This document shows positions 29,218 to 37,780 of a DNA stretch of 64,000 nucleotides, one piece after another. The notes under the pieces were generated by a model. That model was given only the letters and a program-made list of their open reading frames with translations. It was not told the DNA's origin and searched no databases. The stretch is from NCBI GenBank assembly GCA_963796285.1, contig CAWCKW010000003.1, positions 192,001-256,000 on the forward strand, read 5' to 3'. Source of the stretch: Nitrospirota bacterium. GTDB lineage: Bacteria > Nitrospirota > UBA9217. A program made the position numbers and the translations under genes. Positions within the stretch are counted from its first letter, which is position 1. Each line of letters opens with the position of its first letter.

Positions 29218-29871
29218 TTATTTCTTGAATTTATCCGGGAACTGTTTCACGATACCGTCCGTCAACGTATCCGCAAACATCAGCATGTGTTCGTGACCTT
29301 TGTCATAATAAGTTATATCGGCCGCCCAATCTTTGTTCAGTCTTGACACAACTTCGCCTGTTGTAAGCGCCAGATGCTTATAGAGCATATTGACAAGGTC
29401 TTGCTTGGGCCAATTCGGATTTGCGCCGCTCAGGAATGTTGCGATATCATCGGCATTCGCTTCCCATTTCTTATTGGCTTTTGCAAGCTCTTCCTTGTTG
29501 CCCATCTTAGCTGCTTTGACGACCTCTGTTGCAACCATAATATGATCTCTCAGTAAAGAAGCTAATTTTTTCCCCGCCGCGTCTCCGTAGACCGGCTTTA
29601 TCGCATCACCAATATCGTCTTGATTTCTGAGAAGTCTCTCGGCGATTTTACCCGTGTCTTCAAGACCGGCCAGTGCGCTTATAATGTAGTTCCGCGTATA
29701 TATTATATGGTCTTCCCATAGCTTCCTCATAGCGATTCTTAAATCAACGACTGATTTGTTGCACACCATTTCACCGGTCATGCTGCCCTTCATGGATTCC
29801 GCAGCTGAAACACTCACCATCGCCGTTATAAAACATACAACCAAAATACAACTTACAATAACTTTTTTCAT
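29218..29871 (-). CDS. Exported helical-bundle protein with regularly spaced His (MRKLWEDH family, function unknown)
   Basis: Signal peptide; MRKLWEDHI.YTR, RLLRNQDDIGDAIKP.YG, LLRDHI, NADDIA.FL..ANP.W, MLYKHL, HMLMFADTL..GIVKQFP. GGAGG RBS. Confidence 0.8.
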   Translation of the reverse strand: MKKVIVSCILVVCFITAMVSVSAAESMKGSMTGEMVCNKSVVDLRIAMRKLWEDHIIYTRNYIISALAGLEDTGKIAERLLRNQDDIGDAIKPVYGDAAGKKLASLLRDHIMVATEVVKAAKMGNKEELAKANKKWEANADDIATFLSGANPNWPKQDLVNMLYKHLALTTGEVVSRLNKDWAADITYYDKGHEHMLMFADTLTDGIVKQFPDKFKK

Positions 29872-29958
29872 TGTAGCCTCCCGATTAGATTTAGTTTGTG
29901 AACAAATGAAGCAGGTATCCTTTACCTCTGAACCAAAACGCCTCCTTTCATGTAGAAA

Positions 29959-29986
29959 AAGACGAGACTTGTTATTAATTGTAGCA
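29959..29986 (-). promoter_or_regulatory. Third ECF-type promoter (variant -35)
   Basis: Minus strand reads TGCTAC-N16-CGTCTT about 90 nt upstream of ATG 29871. Confidence 0.55.
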
Positions 29987-30530
29987 TACTTTATTATTTC
30001 AGCAGTGAGCTTACGATAACAACATCGTTGATTTTCAATTTATCACATGCAATCAATAAATCAGTGAATTGCAATAGGAGCACTAATAGTGCACTTTGCA
30101 GGTTAGCCCATTGATCTCAGTACTTTTTTGTCAGTGAGAAAATTCCTTTATGGCGTTTCTGAGCACGTCCATTGGGATATTCTCATAGAGAACATTTTTC
30201 TGTATCTCGCCGCGGCAACTTGTTTTGTCGCATGGCCCATTCTTTATAACAGTCCCTGCACGATAATTGCACTTACTAATACTTATGACGTAATGTTTTT
30301 CGCCGTTACAGACGAAATAGTTGATGCCTCCCCCTCTTCAGCCCTTTCCGAATCCCGGCGTTGTTATAATATGAAATACTGACAAGTTCATAGAGATCAT
30401 ACTCCCTTCCCCGAACACCCCTGCCCGGTAATCCTGGCTGTTTCGCCATGCTATGAATTCACGGAATAACTTCACGAAGAGATTATCATTCGGCGCCTCT
30501 ATCGTGCAATCAGGATCGCAGAACTATGCT

Positions 30531-31418
30531 TCAAGGCAGGGCCGATGTATGCCGGTAATACCAGCTCACGACCTGTTCAATGTTGCCGATGATGCTCTCT
30601 TTTGCATTCACCAGGAAGATCCGGTCCTGGATGTGAAACAGCTCGCGCTCCAGGCGCGCGATCAACGGAGGATAGGCAAACCGTCGCGCGAGCTCTGCCT
30701 CGAACATGGGCACGAGCTTGTCCTTCATGCGCAGCTCCGTGTCCATGAGGAAAACAGCGATGGCGGGCGCCAGGTCCGCGACGCGGTCGAAGAACGCCGT
30801 GATCTCGCTGTCGTAGATCTGTTTGGGCGGCGAGGATTTGACTTCCACATAAGCAAGCGCGCCATCGATCTTTGCGATCACATCGTAATCGCCGCCGACC
30901 CGCGGCCGCTTGAACTTCACTCCCCAGACCGCAGCGGAGCCGAACTCTCGCTTGAACACTTCGGCGACATACCACTCGAGCGTTTCTCCAAAGCTTCTGA
31001 TCGGCCCTTTGGCAAGGACGTAACCGTTCTCCGTTTTCTTCACTAACTTGAGGGATACGAGATAATCGAGATATCCTTTCGTGATCGACGGTGTGGCATA
31101 CCGCGTCACCTGCTCGAGCGTGAACAGCTTCTGGTGCTTGATCACGTCGCGCAGAAAGAGACGGAACGAATACTTATGGAGCATCTCGTAGAATTTTTGC
31201 TGAGATTTTTTTTGCGGGATAAACAGGTCATCGGCAGGTTCCCTTTTATAGATGATAAAGCCCCGGTGCCGAAGGAGCATGTCAAGGCCAAGCGTCTGCC
31301 GGTTGAGAGCCTTGCGCAGCCGCTTCACCTCTTCCCGCAGGAAGGCAAGCTCAGTAATGGTTTTGGCTTTTTCTGTGGGCACGGCCGTTCTCGCTGTCAA
31401 GTGAATAACGGTGCGCAT
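30531..31418 (-). CDS. Hypothetical protein with a C-terminal PD-(D/E)XK nuclease-like domain and probable winged helix
   Basis: FGETLEWYV...GGDYDVIA...YVEVKS signature. Confidence 0.65.
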   Translation of the reverse strand: MRTVIHLTARTAVPTEKAKTITELAFLREEVKRLRKALNRQTLGLDMLLRHRGFIIYKREPADDLFIPQKKSQQKFYEMLHKYSFRLFLRDVIKHQKLFTLEQVTRYATPSITKGYLDYLVSLKLVKKTENGYVLAKGPIRSFGETLEWYVAEVFKREFGSAAVWGVKFKRPRVGGDYDVIAKIDGALAYVEVKSSPPKQIYDSEITAFFDRVADLAPAIAVFLMDTELRMKDKLVPMFEAELARRFAYPPLIARLERELFHIQDRIFLVNAKESIIGNIEQVVSWYYRHTSALP

Positions 31419-31439
31419 AAGTTAAAAATAAAATGCCAC

Positions 31440-31598
31440 TCAAAACGGCAAGACATTTTGCCACAGAGAGGCACAGACGAAGCACGAGAGAAAGGCTGAA
31501 ATAATTTCATAGCTAAAAGATTTTCAGTTCATCTCCCCTCTGTGACCTCTGCGTACTCTGTGGCAAAAAGGTTTTGGTTCCGGCTTGTCCGGGTTAGG
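31440..31598. repeat. CACAGAG-type palindrome with conserved flanking motifs
   Basis: Perfect 13-bp inverted repeat TTTTGCCACAGAG (31456-31468) / CTCTGTGGCAAAA (31556-31568). Left flank TCAAAACGGCAAGA, right flank TGGTTCCGGCTTGTCCGGGTTAGG. Confidence 0.7.
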
Positions 31599-31659
31599 GA
31601 AGGCGATCTGATAAAAGTATAGCACAGGGTGGTGTTCACGAACGAAGAGCGGAAGGAAG

Positions 31660-32361
31660 TTATTGCAGGATGACCCTCATATCGAGTGCCGCAGCGCTGC
31701 GGGCATAGATGCGGACCGGGTTGAGGTCGATCTCTTTGATCCCGGGATGGTCGGTCATGAGCTTTGACAGGGCAGTGATGATCGAGAGCGCCGCCTCCTG
31801 GTCAAGCGCAGGGCTTCCCCGGAATCCCTTCAAGAACAGGCCTGCCCGGGTCTGGTCGATCATGTCGAGCATCTCCTCGCGCGTCATGGGCAGGATGCCG
31901 AAGACCGCGTCCTTCAGCGCCTCGACCCAGACCCCGCCGAGTCCGAAGGCAATGGAAGGGCCGAACTGCTCGTCACGCAGACCGCCGATCAGCAGCTCCA
32001 GGCCCTGCGGCATCATCTTCTCGATCAGGAACCAGCGGATCGTCGCTCCGGGAACACGCGCCGCGATCATGTTTTTCATCGTTGTAATGGATGCTGACAG
32101 ACCGGCGCTGTTCGTTATGTTCAGCATCACGGCACCGGCGTCGGTCTTGTGCAGGATGTCGGGAGAAACGGCCTTGAGCACCACGGGAAAGCCGAGCTTC
32201 TCGCCCGCAGCCACGATGGCCTTCTGGTCAGCGGGATCGGCCAGCACAAACCTCGGGACGATAATGCCCACTGAGCGAGCAAGTTCCTTGGCCTCGTGTT
32301 CGAAGAGCGCTTTTCGGCCTTCTTTTTGTGCTGCCTGTATGATCTCAGCAGGAGTATTCAT
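31660..32361 (-). CDS. ADP-forming acyl/acetate-CoA ligase, beta (ATP-grasp) subunit
   Basis: LFEHEAK, GFPVVLKAVSPDILHKTDAG, FGPSIAFGLGG and EIDLNP motifs. Confidence 0.9.
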   Translation of the reverse strand: MNTPAEIIQAAQKEGRKALFEHEAKELARSVGIIVPRFVLADPADQKAIVAAGEKLGFPVVLKAVSPDILHKTDAGAVMLNITNSAGLSASITTMKNMIAARVPGATIRWFLIEKMMPQGLELLIGGLRDEQFGPSIAFGLGGVWVEALKDAVFGILPMTREEMLDMIDQTRAGLFLKGFRGSPALDQEAALSIITALSKLMTDHPGIKEIDLNPVRIYARSAAALDMRVILQ

Positions 32362-32387
32362 AAGTTCACTAAGGAATTAAATTCGTT

Positions 32388-32534
32388 TCAAAACGGCAAG
32401 AAATTTTCTCGCAAAGACGCCAAGCTCGCAAAGAAAGGCTATATCATTTGGTTTTAAAACCAGGCTTAAAGATTTCCTTTGCGTCCTTTGTTTATGGCCG
32501 CGCTTTCGCAAGAGCAGGCTACGGCTTTGCGAGA
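32388..32534. repeat. CGCAAAG-type palindrome with TCAAAACGGCAAGA left flank
   Basis: TCTCGCAAAG (32407-32416) / CTTTGCGAGA (32525-32534). The 20-bp left flank matches 31440-31459 at 19/20. Confidence 0.65.
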
Positions 32535-32571
32535 GAAGCCTTTCTCCGTGTCTCCCCGTCTCCGTGTCAGC

Positions 32572-33939
32572 TTACCCTTTGCACGTCGCCTTCATGAGCG
32601 CCGCGAGCGCCCGTACGGCACGCTCAGGCGACGGATACACGGGGATGCCGAGTCGCAGGAGCGCGTGCGTTGCCTCCTGCGTGTAGCCCAATCCCTGCAG
32701 GATACAACAGGTGACGGGTTTCTTCGCCTCATGGCAGGCGCGGGCGATCAGGCTGGTCGCGTCTTCGCTCACCGTGGTGGCACCCATCAGCACGATCACG
32801 ACGGCCGCGTCGTAGTGCGGCAAAGCTTCTTTGAGCGCGGTGTAGTAATCCTCATTTTTCCCGCTGCCGGTGAGGTCAATCGGGTTCCGCGTTACAAAAA
32901 AAGAAGGAAAGGTCTGGCCGAGCCGCTCCTGCACCTGCTCCGGCATAACGGGCATGGTGAACCCTTCCTGCTGAGCCTGATCAGAAGCCGCGACCGCCAT
33001 GCCGCCGCCGTTCGTCACGATCAGGAGGCGGTTCCCTGTGCAGGGATAATCCATGAGCGCAACGGCCTTTGACGCATCGATCATGTGGTCGAAGCCATAG
33101 GCCTCGACGGCGCCGGCCTGCCGGAAAGCGGCCTGGTACAGCCCGTACGTACCGGCGAGGGTAGCGGTATGCGATGCCACTGCGACCGCGCCGAGCTCGT
33201 GCTTCCCCGCTTTCCAGATGACCAGCGGTTTTTTAGCGGCGCAAGCCTTTGCCGCCAACAGGAATTTTCTGCCGTCGCCCACGGATTCCATGTACATGGC
33301 GACCGCGGTTGTCTGAGGATCGTCGGCGAAATACTCGAGCGCGTCCGCGTCGTCCACGTCCAGCCGGTTTCCGTAGTTCACGGCCTTGGCGATCCCCATG
33401 CCGTCCCGGGCAAGGGCTTCCATCAGGATGACGGTGATGGCGCCGCTCTGAGAGATGATCGAAAGATGTCCCGTCGCGGGCCGTGACACCCGCTCCCGGG
33501 ACACAAAGAAACTGTCGAGTCCATTGTCCGTGTTATACACGCCGAGGCAGTTCGGCCCGATGACCCGGATGCCATGCCTTTTCGTTTTTTCAGCGATACG
33601 CTTCTGCATGGCAATTCCCTCATCGCCTGCCTCTGCGAACCCGGAACTGATGATGATGATCCGGCGGATGCTTTTTTCATGAAGTGCATCGAGTTCCTGC
33701 TCAACGAGCCGGGCGGGCAGGGCGATAATGGCCAGGTCTATAGCGTCCGGTATTGCCGAGACGGAGGGGTAACAGTGGTGGCCGAGCAGCATCTCGTGCT
33801 TCGGGTTGACGGGATAGACCGCTCCTTTAAAATGAGCGAGGTTCTCGAGGATGGCCGTGCCGGGCTTGGTGGGCTTGTCCGTGGCGCCGATGAGCGCGAC
33901 GGTCCTGGGGTAAAAAAAATCGTGAAGATCGTGAGGCAT
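32572..33939 (-). CDS. ADP-forming acyl/acetate-CoA ligase, alpha (CoA-binding) subunit
   Basis: VALIGAT, YPVNP, SSGFAE, IGPNCLG, SQSGA, phospho-His motif ASHT, TNGGG and NPIDLTG. Confidence 0.92.
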   Translation of the reverse strand: MPHDLHDFFYPRTVALIGATDKPTKPGTAILENLAHFKGAVYPVNPKHEMLLGHHCYPSVSAIPDAIDLAIIALPARLVEQELDALHEKSIRRIIIISSGFAEAGDEGIAMQKRIAEKTKRHGIRVIGPNCLGVYNTDNGLDSFFVSRERVSRPATGHLSIISQSGAITVILMEALARDGMGIAKAVNYGNRLDVDDADALEYFADDPQTTAVAMYMESVGDGRKFLLAAKACAAKKPLVIWKAGKHELGAVAVASHTATLAGTYGLYQAAFRQAGAVEAYGFDHMIDASKAVALMDYPCTGNRLLIVTNGGGMAVAASDQAQQEGFTMPVMPEQVQERLGQTFPSFFVTRNPIDLTGSGKNEDYYTALKEALPHYDAAVVIVLMGATTVSEDATSLIARACHEAKKPVTCCILQGLGYTQEATHALLRLGIPVYPSPERAVRALAALMKATCKG

Positions 33940-34009
33940 GATTAATAAATAGCATACTATCAGGGCGTTTGTAAAGGTTATTTGAGTCTGTATTTAAATG
34001 TCCTTTTTT

Positions 34010-34079
34010 GTCATGCCGGACTTGATCCGGCATCCAGAAAATTTTGAAAAGACTGGATTCCAGCCTTCGCTGGAATGAC
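34010..34079. repeat. GTCAT...ATGAC cloverleaf palindromic element (REP/RPE-like)
   Basis: GTCATGCCGGACTTGATCCGGCATCCAG...CTGGATTCCAGCCTTCGCTGGAATGAC with nested hairpins. Confidence 0.75.
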
Positions 34080-34172
34080 GGACGCTTGTGAATTTTCAAA
34101 TTAAAATATAGAGAGGGAAAGGCATCCGGGCGGTCAATGGAACCGAATGACCCCGGTGCAGAGAAAGACTGG

Positions 34173-34433
34173 TCATATCTTCATCGTGCGCAAAAGTTCC
34201 TCATACTGTTGCCTTCTTGTTTCCCATTCCTGTAATGATTTGTAACTGTCCGCCCAGGCATTGAATTCCTTGCTCTTCCCCAGCGCGCCTGAATTGTACT
34301 GTTCGATGAATAACTCCGTCTCAAGACCATATTTCGTGTTCATGGATGCAAGAAATCGCGTTGCCTTCCGAATAGTTGATTCGCAAACCTTCAGCTCCCG
34401 GGCAAGGGAGATCTCATATTCGTCGGTGTGCAT
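34173..34433 (-). CDS. Small hypothetical protein (86 aa)
   Basis: GAGAGG RBS; protein-like composition (KYGLETE.FIE.Y..G...W); co-oriented with its neighbours. Confidence 0.65.
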   Translation of the reverse strand: MHTDEYEISLARELKVCESTIRKATRFLASMNTKYGLETELFIEQYNSGALGKSKEFNAWADSYKSLQEWETRRQQYEELLRTMKI

Positions 34434-34531
34434 TGTCCGGCCTCTCCATGCGTTCGATAGGGTTCACGCAGCTTTGCAGAAAAGGCCCCGCACGGAGTTC
34501 CGTGCGGGGCTCCCGGTGTCAGCCAGAGAGC

Positions 34532-34693
34532 TTAGTGGCCGGCCGGGAAGAAGGTATAGCTTACCCAGACAAGAATTCCGAGCAGGGCCACACCGAGACC
34601 GATGCTCCACCCGATAAGTTTCTTTTCCACGGGAAGCAGCGGCTCCCATTCCATCTTTTTCAATTCTTCTGACAACTTTGGTTGCTCTGCCAT
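34532..34693 (-). CDS. 53-aa single-TM protein downstream of the YeiH-family transporter (not in the ORF track)
   Basis: Hand translation MAEQPKLSEELKKMEWEPLLPVEKKLIGWSIGLGVALLGILVWVSYTFFPAGH*; AAGGGGG RBS; starts 19 nt after the transporter stop. Confidence 0.8.
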   Translation of the reverse strand: MAEQPKLSEELKKMEWEPLLPVEKKLIGWSIGLGVALLGILVWVSYTFFPAGH

Positions 34694-34712
34694 AGTTATC
34701 CCCTTTCCCTAT

Positions 34713-36347
34713 CTAACCTGCCAACGGCGGTTTTACGCCGTGGAAGAAGATCCATGAGATGATCAAGCCGACCCAGATGATGAACCCGAAAAGCGAGATC
34801 ACGTAGACCGCCGCGAGCTTGCCGATGCCCTCTTCCCAGAGCTTCTTGAAGTTGGACACCAGGCCGATCGTGAAGAAGGTCATGGTGAAGAAGATCCCCC
34901 TGAAGATATTGGCCCCCCCGGTAGAAGCTTTCGCGGCTGCCATGGTCCCTTTCGGGCCTTTCAGCTGATCGGTGAGGCCAGCAAGCTGTGACTTGTCCTT
35001 GGCGATCTGGTCGGTCAGAGAGGCAATGGCCGCCTTGTCTTGTTTCTTTGCAGCCGCAAGGGCGGCCATTTGCGTTTCTTCAACCGCAACCTGTTTCGTG
35101 AGAGGACCAATCTGGTCTCCCAGGGCGGTCACGCTCTTAGATGCCGGGATGCAGATCCAGAGGATTATAGCGAAGGTCACCACATACCCAATGACGAACT
35201 TCGGGAACCGGTCCCAGATCTGGCCCGGCCTGATCTTCTCACCGGGCTTGCATTCAATGACCGAGCACCAGATGATGGCCAGGATGAAAGCCCACACGCC
35301 GATAAAGACATCGATAAATACCTTCACCGTCGCGGCGGCGCCCATGATCCAGCCTTCTTTATAATTCACCCCATCGACCGCCAGCGCCTTCGCGCGGATG
35401 AGCGAGTCGGCCACGGCCCCGGCGGCCACGGCAGCGCCGTCGGTCTTGACAGCCAGGCCCATCCATGCGCCGGCCACCATGGGTTCTTTATAGAGGAAGG
35501 TCTCGGCGACAAACGGCAGGACGACGAGTTCGACCACGGCGAAGATCACGACGAGAGAGGACACCATAATGGGGATCATCGGCCGGGCCTTTATCGCGCC
35601 GCCCGTCGCAATGGCCGCGGAAACGCCGCAGATGGAGATGCCGGAGGCAAGTGGCGCGGCCCATTCCCTGCTGAACTTGAAGTATTTCCGCGCGATGAAG
35701 TAAACGACAGCCCAGTAGATGAGGTAGGCCTCGACAATGGCGCAGAGGCCGCGGAACATGACCGCCGAGGCGAGGCCGAGCTTTTCAGCCGCCGTTACGC
35801 CGAGGAACCCGCCGAGGATCACGATGGCGGTCTTGATGTACCACTCCGGCCGCACCGCTTCGTTGATCGCCGCGGCAAAGGAAGGAAAGAAATTGCCGAA
35901 GATCAATCCAACGGCCAGGGCTATGATAAATCCGGCTTCGGGGGTCAATTTCAATGACCACGTGATCCCGAACTTCTGCAGGTCCGGCGCCGTGGTCACC
36001 GCGATGTGCGCCCAGCTCCCTATGATCCAGCAGATATAACTGATCCAGAATACGACGGTAAAACTGACGATGAACTTCTTGATGTCCGCCTTGAGCGCCA
36101 AGGCGCCGACGGTCATGATGGCCAGGAGAACAACGTAGGTGGCGAGAAGTGAGCCGACTCCCCCGAGGCCGGCATAGGCCGCGGACATGGGTTTCAATGC
36201 CTTTGACAGGTCCGTCCATACGCCGGTGGTCACTCCCCATCCGAGGACGTCCATGCCTGCGAAGGTCCCCAGAGAGAGGATAAAGATGAACAAGCCGATC
36301 CATACAGCCAGCCAGTCTTCACTAATACCTATTTTTTTTTCTTCCAT
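34713..36347 (-). CDS. Putative sulfate exporter (YeiH/UPF0324) family transporter
   Basis: SEDWLAVWIG, EWYIKTAIVILG, LASGISICGVSAAIA, AGAWMGLAVKTDGAA and WDRFPKFVIGY motifs; hydrophilic coiled-coil insert near the C-terminus. Confidence 0.88.
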   Translation of the reverse strand: MEEKKIGISEDWLAVWIGLFIFILSLGTFAGMDVLGWGVTTGVWTDLSKALKPMSAAYAGLGGVGSLLATYVVLLAIMTVGALALKADIKKFIVSFTVVFWISYICWIIGSWAHIAVTTAPDLQKFGITWSLKLTPEAGFIIALAVGLIFGNFFPSFAAAINEAVRPEWYIKTAIVILGGFLGVTAAEKLGLASAVMFRGLCAIVEAYLIYWAVVYFIARKYFKFSREWAAPLASGISICGVSAAIATGGAIKARPMIPIMVSSLVVIFAVVELVVLPFVAETFLYKEPMVAGAWMGLAVKTDGAAVAAGAVADSLIRAKALAVDGVNYKEGWIMGAAATVKVFIDVFIGVWAFILAIIWCSVIECKPGEKIRPGQIWDRFPKFVIGYVVTFAIILWICIPASKSVTALGDQIGPLTKQVAVEETQMAALAAAKKQDKAAIASLTDQIAKDKSQLAGLTDQLKGPKGTMAAAKASTGGANIFRGIFFTMTFFTIGLVSNFKKLWEEGIGKLAAVYVISLFGFIIWVGLIISWIFFHGVKPPLAG

Positions 36348-36587
36348 ACAGCCGAGTCCCCCTTTCCCAAATTGGTTTCAAACATGTTTCCTTACATGCC
36401 GAAAAACACTTCAGGGTCATGGCGGATTCGCCCCATCGCATCACCTCCCCGGAATGAGAATGCATGGAACCGTACGGACAGCCTGCATATTATACTATAG
36501 GTTTTCCGGAATGGGGAAAGATTTAAAACGGGAATGGTTATGATTATCGTCATATCATTTTTGCGGATTACCGGGTAGTATTGACCA

Positions 36588-37598
36588 ATGAACGCTGAGA
36601 GAACATACCTGCGCATCCTGCGGTATTCGGTACAGGCGGCTTTTTTTCTGCTTACGCTGTTTGTCGGCTACCGGTTTTATCAGTTCGTCCAGCATTTCGA
36701 AGCAGCCGGCCGGCCCTTTGTCCAGAGACCGCCGTCCGTTGACGCTTTCCTGCCCATCGGCGGGCTCATGGCCTTCAAGTACTTCATCCTGACCGGCATT
36801 GTCGAACCGGTGCACCCCTCCGGCTTCATCATGTTCGTGGCGATCCTCGGCGTCTCCCTGGTCGTGAAAAAGGGCTTCTGCGGCTGGATCTGCCCTGTCG
36901 GCACGCTGTCGCAGTATATCTGGATGGCAGGCGAGAAGGTATTCGGCAGGAACTTCCGCGTCGGCCCCTTTACGGACATCTCGCTCCGCTCGATCAAGTA
37001 CCTGCTCCTCGGGCTCTTCGTGTTCCTGATCGGGATCGCCATGCCTCCGAACATGATGGCCCTGTTCTTTATCGCCGACTATTACAAGATCGTGGACGTG
37101 CGGATGATGAAGTTCTTCACCGAGATGACCACGCTTACGATGTGGGTCCTCATCGCACTCGGCGTACTTTCCCTGTTGTACAAGAACTTCTGGTGCCGCT
37201 ATCTCTGCCCCTACGGCGCGCTCCTCGGATTGCTCAGCCGCTTCAGCCCCTTCAAAGTCCGGCGGAACGAAGAGAAGTGCATCCACTGCCACGCCTGTAC
37301 GCGGCACTGCCCCACGCTGATCGATGTTGAGAAAAAAGAGGTAGTGAAGTCCGAGGAGTGTTTCGGATGCCTGACCTGCGTGAGCCGCTGTCCCGCGGAG
37401 GGCGCGCTCGAACTCACCGCAAGCGCCGGGAAAAAGGTCGGCGTAGTAAAGCCCTGGCTGTTCCCCATTCTCCTGATCGCGCTTTTTTATCTCGTGATCG
37501 GCATCGGTGTTGCCACTGACAAGTGGCATTCGAAGATCCCCAACGAGGATTACCAGCAGCTTATTCCGGAAGTGCAGAAGGACTATATGAAGCGGTGA
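36588..37598 (+). CDS. Membrane-bound 4Fe-4S protein (NapH/MauN/YccM type)
   Basis: FCGWICPVG, WCRYLCPYG, CIHCHACTRHCP and CFGCLTCVSRCP motifs plus TM helices. Confidence 0.9.
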   Translation: MNAERTYLRILRYSVQAAFFLLTLFVGYRFYQFVQHFEAAGRPFVQRPPSVDAFLPIGGLMAFKYFILTGIVEPVHPSGFIMFVAILGVSLVVKKGFCGWICPVGTLSQYIWMAGEKVFGRNFRVGPFTDISLRSIKYLLLGLFVFLIGIAMPPNMMALFFIADYYKIVDVRMMKFFTEMTTLTMWVLIALGVLSLLYKNFWCRYLCPYGALLGLLSRFSPFKVRRNEEKCIHCHACTRHCPTLIDVEKKEVVKSEECFGCLTCVSRCPAEGALELTASAGKKVGVVKPWLFPILLIALFYLVIGIGVATDKWHSKIPNEDYQQLIPEVQKDYMKR

Positions 37599-37606
37599 TT
37601 CATTTC

Positions 37607-37761
37607 ACCACGGAGACACGGAGTCACGGAGAGTTCAAATTTCAGAGGAATAATAAAACCAAACGCTGCATGATCAAAGACGAATAAACGCTCGTCTTGT
37701 CTTCTTTCGCTCGTCGCTATCTTCCGGAACGATTTTCTCAGTGTCTCCGTGTCTCCGTGGT
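37607..37761. repeat. CACGGAG-octamer palindromic element between convergent genes
   Basis: Perfect 17-bp inverted repeat ACCACGGAGACACGGAG (37607-37623) / CTCCGTGTCTCCGTGGT (37745-37761). Confidence 0.75.
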
Positions 37762-37780
37762 AAATTACTTTTATTATTTT

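Noticed and set aside
30128-30382. 84-aa ORF in the AT-rich spacer
   Set aside because: TTG start, no RBS, no motif.
37278-37312. CIHCH in the 4Fe-4S protein as a heme-c site
   Set aside because: It is part of the ferredoxin motif CxxCxxCxxxCP.
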